Of a stretch of DNA of 21,604 nt, positions 1-10,745 are shown piece after piece. Source of the DNA: Octopus sinensis. Taxonomy: Eukaryota. How positions within the stretch are numbered: position 1 is the first letter of the stretch; each line of letters starts with the position of its first letter. The DNA lies in assembly GCF_006345805.1 (NCBI RefSeq), contig NW_021823692.1, positions 1 through 21,604 on the forward strand. Reading direction: 5' to 3'. A model generated the notes under the pieces. The model did no database searches. It saw nothing but the letters and a program-made list of their open reading frames with translations, and was not told where the DNA came from. The position numbers were made by a program, and so were the translations under genes.

Positions 1-200
1 AATAAACATTAAGACGAGAAATTCGAAGTGCGCGAGAGAGGAAAAGGATATATGAAAATGTTTTTACGTTTCACAACAAAAGTGAAGAGAAAAAAAGTTT
101 CCAGCTGGGAATTGAAACCGTGTCAGTTATTTATGTCACCGAAAACATACCTCTACTCTGCGGGGTTAATTACTGTAGTAGGGTAACATCTTCTCACAAA

Positions 201-328
201 GCTACTTGCTTTACCAAACCTGAACGGATGAAGGTCAAGTTTCACCTTGACAGTATTTGAACCCAGAATACAAACGAGACGTAACTGAATAGCACAAGAT
301 ACTTTGTTAATTGCTCCACCGATTCTGC
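201..328 (-). mobile_element. Old, degenerate SINE family B copy
   Basis: CCAAACCTGAACGGATGAAGGTCAAGTTTCACCTTGACAGTATTTGAACCCAGAA...CGATTCTGC aligns loosely with the intact copy at 1000-1110 (CGACCCCGAAAGGATGAAAGGCAAAGTCGACCTCGGCGGAATTTGAACTCAGAA...CGATACTGC). Confidence 0.55.
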
Positions 329-576
329 TCTTGATCATCTTGTAACTGGTTCATGATAAAGATCAACACAGAACCACGCATCTGTACGGAAGCAATCTGG
401 TTTTGTGGAAGCGATTCCCGTTCAATCTTTCTAGTTGATATTTCCCATCAGTAGAGGAGGCAAAACTGATTAACTTTGCAAAAATGACTTCGAATTTTGC
501 TGGTACGACTTTTGTTTCTGTGCAGAAAATATTTATTTATTTAGTTCGTTATTCTTTTTTAATTCAAAGTTAATGT

Positions 577-704
577 GTTGGCAAAACTGTTAGAATATTG
601 GAGCATACAATAGGGTGGAGTGGTGGAGTCGTTTCGGCGCTTCATGTTCAGAGTTTAAATACCGAGAGATGATTTTTTTCTTTAATCCTTCCGAGATCGA
701 TAAA
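577..704 (+). mobile_element. Old, degenerate SINE family B copy (head and core)
   Basis: GTTGGCAAAACTGTTAG...GTTCAGAGTTTAAATACCG...CTTTAATCCTTCCGAGATCGATAAA matches the family B core at 17194-17250 at roughly three-quarters identity by eye. Confidence 0.6.
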
Positions 705-710
705 CTCAAA

Positions 711-830
711 AACCTATTTCTTTACTACCCACAAGGGGCTAAACACAGAGAGGACAAACAAGGACAGACAAAGGGATTAAGTCGATTACATCGACCCCAG
801 TGCGTAACTGGTACTTAATTTATCGACCCC
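711..830 (-). mobile_element. SINE family B 3' fragment, tail type 1
   Basis: Near-exact reverse complement of 17240-17358 (GGGGTCGATAAATTAAGTACCAGTTACGCACTGGGGTCGATG...CCCCTTGTGGGTAGTAAAGAAATAGG). Confidence 0.9.
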
Positions 831-904
831 AATAAATATGATCAGGTAGTGGATAATTTAATCAATTATAAAAACCCTTATTCAACAGAGCAACATGCGT
901 GTTA

Positions 905-1117
905 GAATATTCTTTCCTACTCTAGGTAGACGGCTCGGAATTTTGGGGAGGAGGCCAGTCCATTACATCGACCCCAGTATGCAACTGGTACTTAATTTAT
1001 CGACCCCGAAAGGATGAAAGGCAAAGTCGACCTCGGCGGAATTTGAACTCAGAACGCAGCGGCAGACGAAATACCGCTAAGCATTTCACCCGGCGTGCTA
1101 ACGATACTGCCAAGCTC
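905..1117 (-). mobile_element. SINE family B full monomer, tail type 2
   Basis: Reverse complement has a tRNA-like head (TGGCAGTATCGTTAG, B-box-like GAGTTCAAATTCC), the core GCCTTTCATCCTTTCGGGGTCGATAAATTAAGTACCAG and a tail matching 17705-17770. Confidence 0.9.
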
Positions 1118-1768
1118 AAATACCAGTCAATTTCTTATATTGGTTTCCTCCCCTCCATAAAGTAATTGGTTGACTGTAATCAAAACTCAGAGTTGCATCG
1201 ATACACCAAAATTGAAAGCAATCTGAGCAAAATTGAGTGGGGCTCATTTTGCCATTGAGAAATACCTGACCCTCCAAATGTCCCGGAAGGTTACTGTAAA
1301 GTAGTAAATCTATAAATTCCCTTCAAGTATATATTCGAGATTTTTTTCTTTCCTTTTTATTCAAGACATTGGTCATAGCTCCAGCATATGTGTAGTTTAG
1401 TTGTGGAGCACTCGCAATATATAAATTCCTTGATTAGACGAATTGAGACATAGCCTGTGAGATTCATATGTGTCTAGCTACAATAGTTGCATGTGTGTAT
1501 ATGTGTGTATATGCGAGTTTATATACACGCACATACACACACATACGTGCGTATATAAACACACAGGCACTATGTAGACGGGTAGCTGTTGAGTAGCCAT
1601 CCATCACATTAGTGTCAGGTCGTCTATTTCACAACAGTTTATTTCTACCCAGTCGTGCCATCTTTGTTTACAATCAAACCAACCCCCCGCCCCCACCTCT
1701 CTGGAACTCGCCCTCCAGGATCTATGTCGCCCTCCCACACTTTCAGATTACCTCTTTCTCTCCCCCAA

Positions 1769-1887
1769 CGCGCGCGCGCGCGTGTCTCTGTCTATCTATC
1801 TGTCTATCTATCTGACTTTCTATCGGTCTATTTATTTATATAAAGAGAGGAGAGATACATACATACATACACACATACATACATACA

Positions 1888-1921
<34 letters not shown>

Positions 1922-2079
1922 CATACATACATATATACATACATATATACATACATACATATATACATACACTCACAGATTCATACATATATACATGCAT
2001 ACATACAAACATACATACATACATACATACATACATACATGTATACATATATACATGCATACATACTTGCATACATACA

Positions 2080-2113
<34 letters not shown>

Positions 2114-2261
2114 CATACATATATGCATACATACATACATATATACATACATACATACATACATATACATGCTTACATACAACATACATAATACTATATA
2201 ATACATAAAGATACATACATATACATGCATACATACGTACACAAATACATACATACATATA

Positions 2262-2295
<34 letters not shown>

Positions 2296-2445
2296 CATGC
2301 ATGCATACATACATACATACATACATACACACATACATACATACATACATACATACATACATGCATACATATATATATATATATACATACATACATACAT
2401 ACATACATACATACATACATACGCATATACACAAACACACACTCA
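1769..2445. repeat. Compound microsatellite: (CG)7, (TCTA)n, long (TACA)n
   Basis: Direct reading; source of the YIHT and YVCM pseudo-ORFs. Confidence 0.97.
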
Positions 2446-2493
2446 TAAGCTGGGGGTTAATTTATTGTGTGGGCGGGTGTATTTATACTTCGT

Positions 2494-2850
2494 CTGTGTG
2501 TGTATGTGTGTGTGTATGTGTGTGTGTGTGCAGCATGTATGTGCGTGTCTTTACGCGCGTATATGCGTATGTATGTAGGTTTCCGTGTATGCGATCCTGT
2601 GGGCAATATAGCTTTCTTGCACACGCAATACGTGTGTGTGATTATAACAAGTATCTTCAGAAATATAAACTGACATTTTCTGATACTCGGTACTCCTTCT
2701 CTCTCCCCACCCCTCTTTCTCTCCCTCTCTCTCGCTCTTTTTCTCTCTCCCTTTCTCCCTCCCTATTACTCACCTTTCTCTTTTTCTCTTTCATCTCTCT
2801 CCCTCTCTCTGTCTCTCCCTCTCTCTCTCTTTCACTCCTCCTCCCCACTA
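2494..2850. repeat. (TG)n-rich then (CT)n-rich low-complexity tract
   Basis: Direct reading. Confidence 0.9.
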
Positions 2851-2944
2851 TGTCTTTAATATTTTTCCCAATGTCGTCTTAACATATATTGCATTCCTCT
2901 CAGGAAATCTTCATCAGTAAAACACAGACACGACTATACCTGGA

Positions 2945-3014
2945 ACAACAACAACAACAATAACAACAACAACAACAAAATAATAAAACAACAACAACAA
3001 AATAATAAAACAAC
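2945..3014. repeat. (AAC)n/(AAT)n microsatellite
   Basis: Direct reading. Confidence 0.9.
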
Positions 3015-3054
3015 ATGAACAGCCCGCGAGGGAGCCTGCGCATTATCGTTATGC

Positions 3055-3205
3055 TTGCTAGAGGCTGCAGTCTAATCTCCCTAGGAAGGTCTTTAAAATA
3101 GACACGTGATATCATTCTGAGTGTCTTGCAAAGTAGTGGAGAAAAGAAACGGAAAGGTCACGGTTAGAATGCCTTTTGATCATCGGTCACCCCTGACCAG
3201 GTCGG
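3055..3205 (+). mobile_element. Old dispersed repeat family D remnant (probable SINE 3' region)
   Basis: Shares TGCTAGA...AATCTCC and GGTCACGGTTAGAATGCCTTTTGATCA motifs with 12396-12575 and 3760-3840. Confidence 0.45.
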
Positions 3206-3269
3206 CTCGGTCAAAGTCCTTATAGCAGTAACAGAAAAGACAGAGAGAATATAAGAATATAGCAGGTTT

Positions 3270-3620
3270 AAGGGTCCGTGATTGAAAATGAATCAACCAA
3301 GCGACCCTTCTCTGGATGCAATTCAGGTTGTGCCTGTCCCCGATGTGGGCCTCATTTAAGTATTGTGGAGAGTCGGCAGCTGTTAAGGACTGAAATACCG
3401 TGAGGGTGCTTTATTGATATGGGTACTGCTTTACTTATCTCGCTTTAAAAAATATTAGTATAGATCCATTGAAGAAGTTGACTTTAAAACCAGATTCTTT
3501 TTCATCCGTATTGTCAATATTGTGATCAGAATTTCGATTATTTGCTCGTTGTCTTCAGATCTGAAACATCCCAAGCGGGAGGTTTTGTCCATTAATAGCA
3601 AGGATTATCTCTCAGTTGAT
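3270..3620 (-). pseudogene. Heavily decayed CR1/L2-like LINE ORF2 remnant (tentative)
   Basis: Minus-strand pieces ILAINGQNLP, VSDL and YLNEAHIGDRHNLNCIQRRVAWLI resemble the post-RT region of CR1/L2 ORF2 (DLG...LERVQRRATK); many stops and frameshifts. Confidence 0.35.
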
Positions 3621-3759
3621 CGAAGCTTTCAACTCATTGCATTACACATGAAACCCGAATGTGTTTATAATTAGTTCCTCTCCACCCACTCCCCGACGTT
3701 ATATTCCCTTAAGCCATATTGTTTTCATTGGACACAGAACGCATCTGAAATATAGAATA

Positions 3760-3840
3760 GACAGGATGATCATGGTTGGAATGACTTTGATCAAGATCTG
3801 CTCAATTAAAACTGACAGAGATGAAACAATAGCAACAACT
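3760..3840 (+). mobile_element. Family D remnant
   Basis: GATCATGGTTGGAATGACTTTGATCA...AAACAATAGCAACAAC parallels 3156-3182 and 12504-12575. Confidence 0.45.
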
Positions 3841-4139
3841 TAAGGCCGAGTTATTTCTTTGTAATTGAATCTTTAGGAAATAAATAATGACTTAACAGAA
3901 ACTGTCCACATTACTCAAGATGATGATGTGGATTGAAACAGGAGAGATGCTTCGACTCAGCATCAACAATGCTGCCATCTGGTGTTGGAGAATGATGGTC
4001 AAAAGCGACATGTGGATTCGTTTAACTAACCTTTTTCCCATTCATGCGTGTCAGTGACGTTGGTTTATTCTTCATGTCACAAACCCAAACTTCTGAAATT
4101 TCATTATACAAGGCGGAATCTTTCTTAGATCTCTCATTC

Positions 4140-4270
4140 TCACCGTTTTTCTTTCTTCCTTTCTTCTCTCTCTCTTTCTCTCCCTCTCCCCCTCTCTCTC
4201 TCCTCTCTCTCATCTCTCCCTCTCTCTCTCCCATTTCCTCTCCCCCCTCTCTCTCTCTCTCTCACTTTCT
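4140..4270. repeat. (CT)n polypyrimidine tract
   Basis: Direct reading. Confidence 0.9.
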
Positions 4271-4639
4271 TTCTTCCGTGATTCGCTTCTTTCATTTTTG
4301 TTCGGGTCTCCTTTTTACCTTCGCCTTAGCAAAAGCGAAGATATTGTTATTTCTTTCAGTTTTTCTTCAAAATATTCTTCATTCGTTCATTTATTCATTA
4401 TTTTCACTTCATTCGTTCGTTCGATCGTTCGTTCTTTCTTCATTTTTCTTGTAATTTTATCTGTCCAATCAAAATTTTAAACTTCCATAAAAGAATTTTA
4501 TATGAAAATTGTGAAGTTTGATTCCGTGAAACGTTTTGTCAAAAATTTCGACGATCCCTTGGAACCGTGGGTATGTGTGTGTGTATGTGTGAGTGCGCGC
4601 GCGTGTTGTGTGTGTGAGTGCGTGTGTGTGTGTTTATAT

Positions 4640-4790
4640 CCGGGAAATTAGCAGATCGACAAACAGACAGCGATAAATATCTGATTTGAAAAATATGTAT
4701 TGATGTCCTTATAATCGATTAAAATAACCTTCAGAATAATGCTCCCACATGGCCGCAGTCCAATGACGAGGAGAAAGAAAAGATTAAAAG
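4640..4790 (+). mobile_element. Degenerate SINE family A 3' half
   Basis: Ends in GCTCCCACATGGCCGCAGTCCAATGAC...AAAAGATTAAAAG, the family A terminus (compare 5925-5966); preceded by (GT)n as in other copies. Confidence 0.5.
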
Positions 4791-4845
4791 AATATATCAT
4801 ACACACACCCATGTTTTATACAAACGTGAACATATGTGAACCGGC

Positions 4846-5289
4846 ATGGCTGTGTGGTTCTGGGTTCAATCCCACTGCGTGGCACCTTGGGCAGATGTCT
4901 TCCGCTATTGCCTTGGCCAGACCAAAGCCTTGTGAGTGGATCTGGTAGACGGAAACTGAATGAAGCCTTTTGTTTCACCGAACGTCAAGCTCATACATTT
5001 CTTATGCCTGTCCTCATGTTGTCCATTTTTATTCGTTTATTTAAATTGACTATGCATGTGTGTGTGTGTGTGTGTGCGCGTTGTGTTTGTCGCCTCATCT
5101 ACCGCTTGACAACCGGTGAAGGTGTGTTTACGCACCAGACTAATGCGGTTCAGCAAAAAGAGTCCGATAGAATAATTGCCAAGTGTTAAAAAAATGTACT
5201 GTGGTTGATTCATTCGACTCAAAATTGTAGAAGGCGGTGCCCCAGCATGGCCGCAGTCTAATAACTGAAACAAGCAAAAGATAAAAGAT
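4846..5289 (+). mobile_element. SINE family A, older copy, interrupted in the central microsatellite
   Basis: Head GGTTCAATCCCACTGCGTGGCACCTTGGGCAG...GGAAACTGAA; 3' half CGCTTGACAACCG...CCAGCATGGCCGCAGTC...AAAAGATAAAAGA. Confidence 0.82.
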
Positions 5290-5361
5290 GCCCATACACA
5301 CACACACACACACACACATACAAACACACTCACACACGTGCACACACATATATGCATGTAT

Positions 5362-5578
5362 GAATGTGTGTGTGTCTTTGTGTCTGTGCTTGTTCCACAC
5401 TACTGCTTGACAATCGGTGTTCGTGTGTTTACGTCCCCACATCATAGCGGTTCGGCAAAATAGATCGATAGACTAAGTATCGGGCTGTAAAAAAAAAAAT
5501 TAAAGTACCGTGGCCGATTCATTCCTCAAGGTGGTGCTCCAGCATGGCTGCTGTGTAATGACTGAAACGAGTAAAAGA
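5362..5578 (+). mobile_element. SINE family A 3' half
   Basis: GCTTGACAATCGGTG...GCGGTTCGGCAAAA...GTGCTCCAGCATGGC...GACTGAAACGAGTAAAAGA. Confidence 0.82.
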
Positions 5579-5600
5579 TTTTAAGTAAAAGAAATTATGC

Positions 5601-5966
5601 ATAGGCGCAGAAGTGACTGTGTGGTAAGTAGCTTGTTTACCAACCACATGGTTCCGGGTTCATTCCCACTGCATGGCACCTTGGGCAAGTGTCTTCTACT
5701 ATAGTCTCGGGCCGACCAAAGCCTTGTGAATGGATTTGGTAGACGGAAACTGAAAGAAGCCTGTCGTATATATGTATATATGTGTGTGTTTGTGTCTTGA
5801 TAACCGATGCTGGTATGTTTACGTCTTCGTAACGTAGCGGTTCGGCAAAAGAGACCGATAGAATAAGTACTAGGCTTACAAAGAATAAGTCCTGGGGTCG
5901 ATTTGCTCGACTAAAAAACGGCGGTGCTCCAGCATGGCCGCAGTCAAATGACTGAAACAAGTAAAA
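5601..5966 (+). mobile_element. SINE family A, full length (tRNA-derived head, CORE-like segment, internal microsatellite, GTAAAA tail)
   Basis: A-box-like TGACTGTGTGG, B-box-like GGTTCATTCCC, CORE-like CCTTGGGCAAGTG; collinear with 14561-15157 and 20546-20951. Confidence 0.9.
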
Positions 5967-6813
5967 TAATAACAGAATAGAAGAATGTATGTATGAACGT
6001 ATGGCTCCGTCGTTTCTGCTTTTAGGTAACTGTCAGGTGGCGGTGACGATGTTGTTGTTGCTGCTGGTGTTGGTGTTGGTGTTGGTGGTGGTTGTGGTGG
6101 TGGTGGTGGTGGTAACAGTGAATTAGTATTGTCCTTAAAGAACGCGAGTTGCGAAATGAGAGCACAAGGTTACATCAAAGAGCGAGGGAAAAAAAGCTGA
6201 AAGAGGAGGGGTCGAAGGAAAAAAAAAACCCATAAAAGACCCATTTCATGCTAGCATTCGTGCCTTATATCGATTGATATCGACACCTCGAGGTGTGTAC
6301 ATATAAGAATATACACGCAGCCCCTTTATTTACCCGACACATCCAACCGCCGCCCCCCCCAACACCCACACCCACGCCTCCCCCTTCCAATGCCAGTTCC
6401 TGTCAGTATTAAGTAAATATCTTCTCCCCATCCCCAACCTTTCTTTTTACATAGATCTAACATTTCAGTTGCTATTTAATTAACCTAATTAATTAGTCAA
6501 TCACCCGAAAAGTCTACCTTTTAATTTAATTAGGATTTCAGTAAAAGAGAAAAAAAAAAAACGGAGAAAAAGAGAAAGACAAAAACAAAAAAAAATTTTA
6601 AGATGTTTCCTTTTTTTGTTTTGTTTTCAGTTGTCTTGCTTCATTTTTATATTTATTTTTATTGTTTATAGTTCCCTAAATTCTTTCCCTCCGTCCCTTA
6701 GATCTCTCCATAAAACCCCTTTTGCTCTTTCTACACTTCACTGCAAATGACGGTTAAACCGAAACCCAATCGACGATGAAAGTTCTTAAATGAGACAACC
6801 ATTTATCTAACTC

Positions 6814-7131
6814 GTGTGTGTATGTGTGTGTGTGGATGTGAATGTGTGTGTGGATGTGTGTGTGTGGATGTGAATGTGTGTGTGGATGGTTTGTGTGTGT
6901 TTGTGTGTGTTGTGGATATGAATGTGTTTGGTGTGTGTTTGTGTGTGTGTGGATGGTGAATGGCGGGTGGTGTGGTGTGTGTGGTGTGTTGGATGGAATG
7001 TGTGTGTGTGGATGTGTGTTGGGATGTGAATGTGTGTGTGGATGTGAATGTGTGTGTGGATGTGAATGTGTGGTGGATGTAATGTGTGTGTGGATGTGTG
7101 TGTTTGTGTGTGTGTGGATGTGAATGGTGTG

Positions 7132-7165
<34 letters not shown>

Positions 7166-7397
7166 ATGTGAATGTGTGTGTGGATGTGTGTGTGTGGATG
7201 TGAATGTGTGTGTGGATGTGAATGTGTGTGTGGATGTGTGTGTTTGTGTGTGTTGTGGATGTGAATGTGTGTGTGGATGTGTGTGTTTGTGTGTGTGTGT
7301 GGATGTGAATATGTTTGTGTGTGTGTTTGTGTGTGTGTGGATGTGAATGGGTGTGAGTGTGTGTGTGTGTGTGTGTGGATGTGAATGTGTGTGTGTA
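6814..7397. repeat. GT-rich minisatellite, unit about GTGTGTGTGGATGTGAAT
   Basis: GGATGTGAAT recurs repeatedly between (GT)n runs. Confidence 0.92.
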
Positions 7398-7554
7398 CAT
7401 TTGCTACATTATTCCGACGAAGGATGACCTGATATGACCTGGCATGACCTGGCATGACCCCAAAGGTCGTTCCATGTCAGGTTTTTTTTTCTTTTGTTTC
7501 TGTTGTTGATTAATTCAAGATTGAATGGGAATTAAAGATAGCATAATGAAATAA

Positions 7555-8290
7555 GAGGGAGAGGGGAAGAAAGAGGGAGAAAGAGAGAGAAAGAGAGAGA
7601 GAGGGAGAGAGGGAAAGGTGGGAATTAAAGAGAGAGGGAGAAGAGAGAGATGTCTGAAAGAGAGGCAGAACCAATGAATGAAAGAAAGGATTTTTTTTTA
7701 AAGATCTGAAGAGAATAACATTTAATGAGATAGAATAAAGTGGGAAAGAGAAGGAAAAGAAGAGGAAAAAGAAGAAGAAATGTAGAACGAAAGAGCTAAG
7801 AAGGAAAAAGGAAAGACAGAAAGAAAGAAACACAAACAAACAAAGATGGAAAAAGAAAGAGGGAGAAGTAAATACGAGAAGAAAATGGGTAAAGTATTAA
7901 AGAATGAACGAAAGAAAAATGATTGAACAGAATGAAGTGAACGATAAAGAAAAAGAAAGAAGAAACTGGGGAATGAATGAATGAATATTCGAATAGATTA
8001 AGGAATCGCAAGGAAAAATAAAAAGAAAGAAGGATAGAGAGGAGAAAAGAAGGTAAAGATTGGGGGGGGAGCAGAAAATAGAAAGAAGGAAATGAAGAGA
8101 ATTAGTTCTAAAACAAAAACAGCGAAGAAGGAAAATGTTAAGAATGAGAAGGAAAATGAAAGTGAAAGTAAGAAAGAAAGAAAGAAAAGAGTCTGGAAAG
8201 AGAAAAGAAAAGAAAAGACTTTAATAGTTTAGAAATGAGAAGGAAGAGTTAAGACGTACATTCAGACGATTAAAGAGAAATAAGATAGAA
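7555..8290. repeat. GA-rich polypurine low-complexity tract
   Basis: Direct reading. Confidence 0.85.
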
Positions 8291-8297
8291 GGGAGTT

Positions 8298-9130
8298 AGA
8301 GGATTAGAAGGGAGTTAAAGGATAAGGAGGGAATTAGAGGATTAGAAGGGAGTTAGAGGATTAGAAGATAGTCAGAGGATTAGAAGGGAGTTAGAGGATT
8401 AGACGGGAATTAGAGGATTAGAAGATAGTCAGAGGATTAGAAGGGAGTTAGAGGATTAGAAGAAAGTCAGAGGATTAGAAGATAGTCAGAGGATAAGAAG
8501 GGAATTAGAGGATTAGAAGGGAGTTAGAGGATTAGAAGAAAGTCAGAGGATTAGAAGGGAGTTAGAGGATTAGAAGATAGTCAGAGGATTAGAAGGGAGT
8601 TAGAGGATTAGACGGGAATTAGAGGATTAGAAGAAAGTCAGAGGATTAGAAGGGAGTTAGAGGATTAGAAGATAGTCAGAGGATTAGAAGGGAGTTAGAG
8701 GATTAGAAGAAAGTCAGAGGATTAGAAGATAGTCAGAGGATAAGAAGGGAATTAGAGGATTAGAAGGGAGTTAGAGGATTAGAAGAAAGTCAGAGGATTA
8801 GAAGATAGAGGATTAGAAGGGAGTTAGAGAGTTAGAAGATAAGAGGATTAGAAGGGAGTTAAAGGATTAGAAAATAGTAAGAGAATTAAAAGACAGTTAG
8901 AGACTAGAAGAAAGCTAGAGGATTAGAAGGCAGTGAAGGGATTATAAGGAATTTAGAGGATTAGAAGGGTATTATAGGATTAGAAAGAAGGTAGGGGATT
9001 AAAGGGAAGTAGAGAATTAGGAGAGAGTTAGAGAATTAGGAGAGAGCTGAGGATTAGAAGAAAGTTTGGAGATTAGAAGAAAGAAGATTAGAAAGAATCT
9101 AGAGTATTCGAAAGTAGTTGGAGGATTATA
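8298..9130. repeat. 19-bp minisatellite AGAGGATTAG+AAGGGAGTT and variants
   Basis: 26 in-register units over 8298-8791 (494 bp = 26 x 19), then degenerate units to about 9130. Confidence 0.95.
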
Positions 9131-9433
9131 AGGAAGTGAGAAGATCAGCTTTTTGTGTGTATTATGTATCGTCAGTGGCAGGAAAAAGAATAAAGTGGGA
9201 TGGATATTGCATCTCATTGGAAGGTTCCCGTTGCAATGGCCCCTCGAACTGGTTTCAATTATCTTTTGCTCGTTTATCATATTGACAAGGCGTAGTTGAT
9301 GTACTTTGTCAGTGTTGGGGGTCACAATAATTATGCGGAGTATCCCTAGCATCCAAAATGTGTGGGTTCCCCGCAAATTCCTTTCGGTAATCAATCCAGC
9401 CCAGTCTGTGTTTCTCTTCGTTTTTACTGTCTT

Positions 9434-10243
9434 CTAACAAGAAGAGTCTGGTTCACCGGTGGCTGCTCTCTTTGTAGCCATACATCTATTTCCAACATCC
9501 TTCTCTGTTAATTTGTTATTGCTTCCAGGTGAGTAACCGACACACGTTGTTGTTGTTGTTGTTGTAGAGGATTGATGTAAGGGTGTTGCATGTTGTTGGT
9601 AAGTAATTTTATGGGCTGGTCGTTTATTTGGGTGGTGGTGGTGGCGGTGGTGGTTGTGGTGGTTGTGGTGGTGGTGGTGGTGATGGTGGTGGTGGTGGTG
9701 GTGGAGATGGTGGTGGAGGTGGTGGTGATGATGATGGTGGTGGAGGTGGTGACGTCGGTGGTAGTGGTGGTGGTGGCGGTGATGGTGATGCTGGTGATGG
9801 TGATGGTGGTGGTGGTGGTGGTGGCGGCGGTAATGGTGATGCTGGTGATGGTGATGGTGGTAGTGGTGGAGGTAGTGGTGGTGGTGGCGATGCTGGTGGT
9901 GGTGGTGGTGGTAGAGGTAGTGGTGGTGATGGTCGTCCTCGCGCTGGTGCTGGTGGTGGAGGTGGTGGTGGTGGTGGTGATGGTGGTAGTGGTGGTGGTG
10001 GTGGTGGTGGTGGTGGTGGCGGCGATGCTGGTGCTGGTGCTGGTGCTGGTGCTGGTGGTGGAGGTGAAGGTGGTGGTAAAGGTAGTGGTGGTGATGTGTA
10101 TCGGTGGCGGTGGTGGCGGTGGTGACGGTGGTGGTGGTGGTGGTGGTGGTGGTGGTGGTGGTCCTGGTGCTGGTGCCGGTGCTGGTGGTGGTGGTTGGTG
10201 GAGAAGGGTTGAAGGGATAATGTTTTCTTTTCCAACAGCCAAT
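9434..10243 (-). CDS. Candidate terminal exon encoding a Thr/His-rich low-complexity peptide (unrecognised)
   Basis: Open frame of 269 codons plus stop after a CCCTTCTAG acceptor-like site: IGCWKRKHYPFNPSPP-T-rich-H-rich-PNKRPAHKITYQQHATPLHQSS...GEPDSSC*. Most of it is repeat that cannot contain stops, so support is weak. Confidence 0.25.
   Translation of the reverse strand: MGCWKRKHYPFNPSPPTTTTSTGTSTRTTTTTTTTTTTTVTTATTATDTHHHHYLYHHLHLHHQHQHQHQHQHRRHHHHHHHHHHYHHHHHHHHLHHQHQREDDHHHHYLYHHHHHQHRHHHHYLHHYHHHHHQHHHYRRHHHHHHHHHHQHHHHRHHHHYHRRHHLHHHHHHHHLHHHLHHHHHHHHHHHHHNHHNHHRHHHHPNKRPAHKITYQQHATPLHQSSTTTTTTTCVGYSPGSNNKLTEKDVGNRCMATKRAATGEPDSSC
9631..10197. repeat. Degenerate (GGT)n trinucleotide tract
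   Basis: Direct reading. Confidence 0.95.
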
Positions 10244-10572
10244 CTAGAAGGGCTGAATATCAATCTATAACCATAGGCCATGTGCTGACGCACTTCAGCC
10301 AGTAACCGATGATCCGGTCAACCTCAGGTGGGTTTCTTTTTCCCGTTGCGCGTAGTTCCTATTTGCGCTGGTGAGTTTCTTGTTTAACAATGGTGGGCCA
10401 CAATTGCAGTTGTTGTTGTTGTTGTTGCTGTTGTTGTTGTTGCTAACACACCTTTTTTTCTCTCTCCGTAATAAATATTCCAAGGCTGCATTTCATTCTT
10501 GTTTCAACAATACAAACAGGAATTGCTTAATGTATCCTCCCGTCTGGCACCGCATCAAGGCCAGCATCGTTT

Positions 10573-10619
10573 GATGACGACGACGACGACAACGACGACG
10601 ATGATGATGCCGATGATGA

Positions 10620-10653
<34 letters not shown>

Positions 10654-10673
10654 GGTGGTGGTGGTGGTGGTGG

Positions 10674-10705
<32 letters not shown>

Positions 10706-10745
10706 ATGGTGGTGGTGGTGATGGTGTTGGTGGTGATGGTGGTGG

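Noticed and set aside
1782-2882. Long ORFs of YIHT, YVCM and similar repeats (also at 6754-7455, 12939-13251, 16229-16586, 17949-18869)
   Set aside because: Pure translations of microsatellites, open on several frames and both strands.
2903-3018. Possible exon after TTCCTCTCAG encoding KSSSVKHRHDYTW-polyN
   Set aside because: Mostly (AAC)n repeat; no partner exon or homology.
3525-3565. Minus-strand CUGAAGA...GAAA...AUC
   Set aside because: Stem II and stem I do not pair.
5601-5680. tRNA genes at SINE heads (also 13442, 14561, 17125, 20546)
   Set aside because: A and B boxes are present but there is no complete cloverleaf, and each continues into SINE body.
7414-7434. CCGACGA-AGG(ATGA)CCT-GATA hammerhead-like string
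   Set aside because: Two core mismatches, no stem I or III; explained by the TGACCT repeat.
8298-8791. CRISPR-like or telomere-like array
   Set aside because: Variable segments are 9-nt recurrent variants, not unique spacers; no cas genes; TTAGAGG and TTAGAAGGG are not TTAGGG arrays.
9017-9394. 125-aa minus ORF
   Set aside because: One third is minisatellite and the rest has no recognisable motif.
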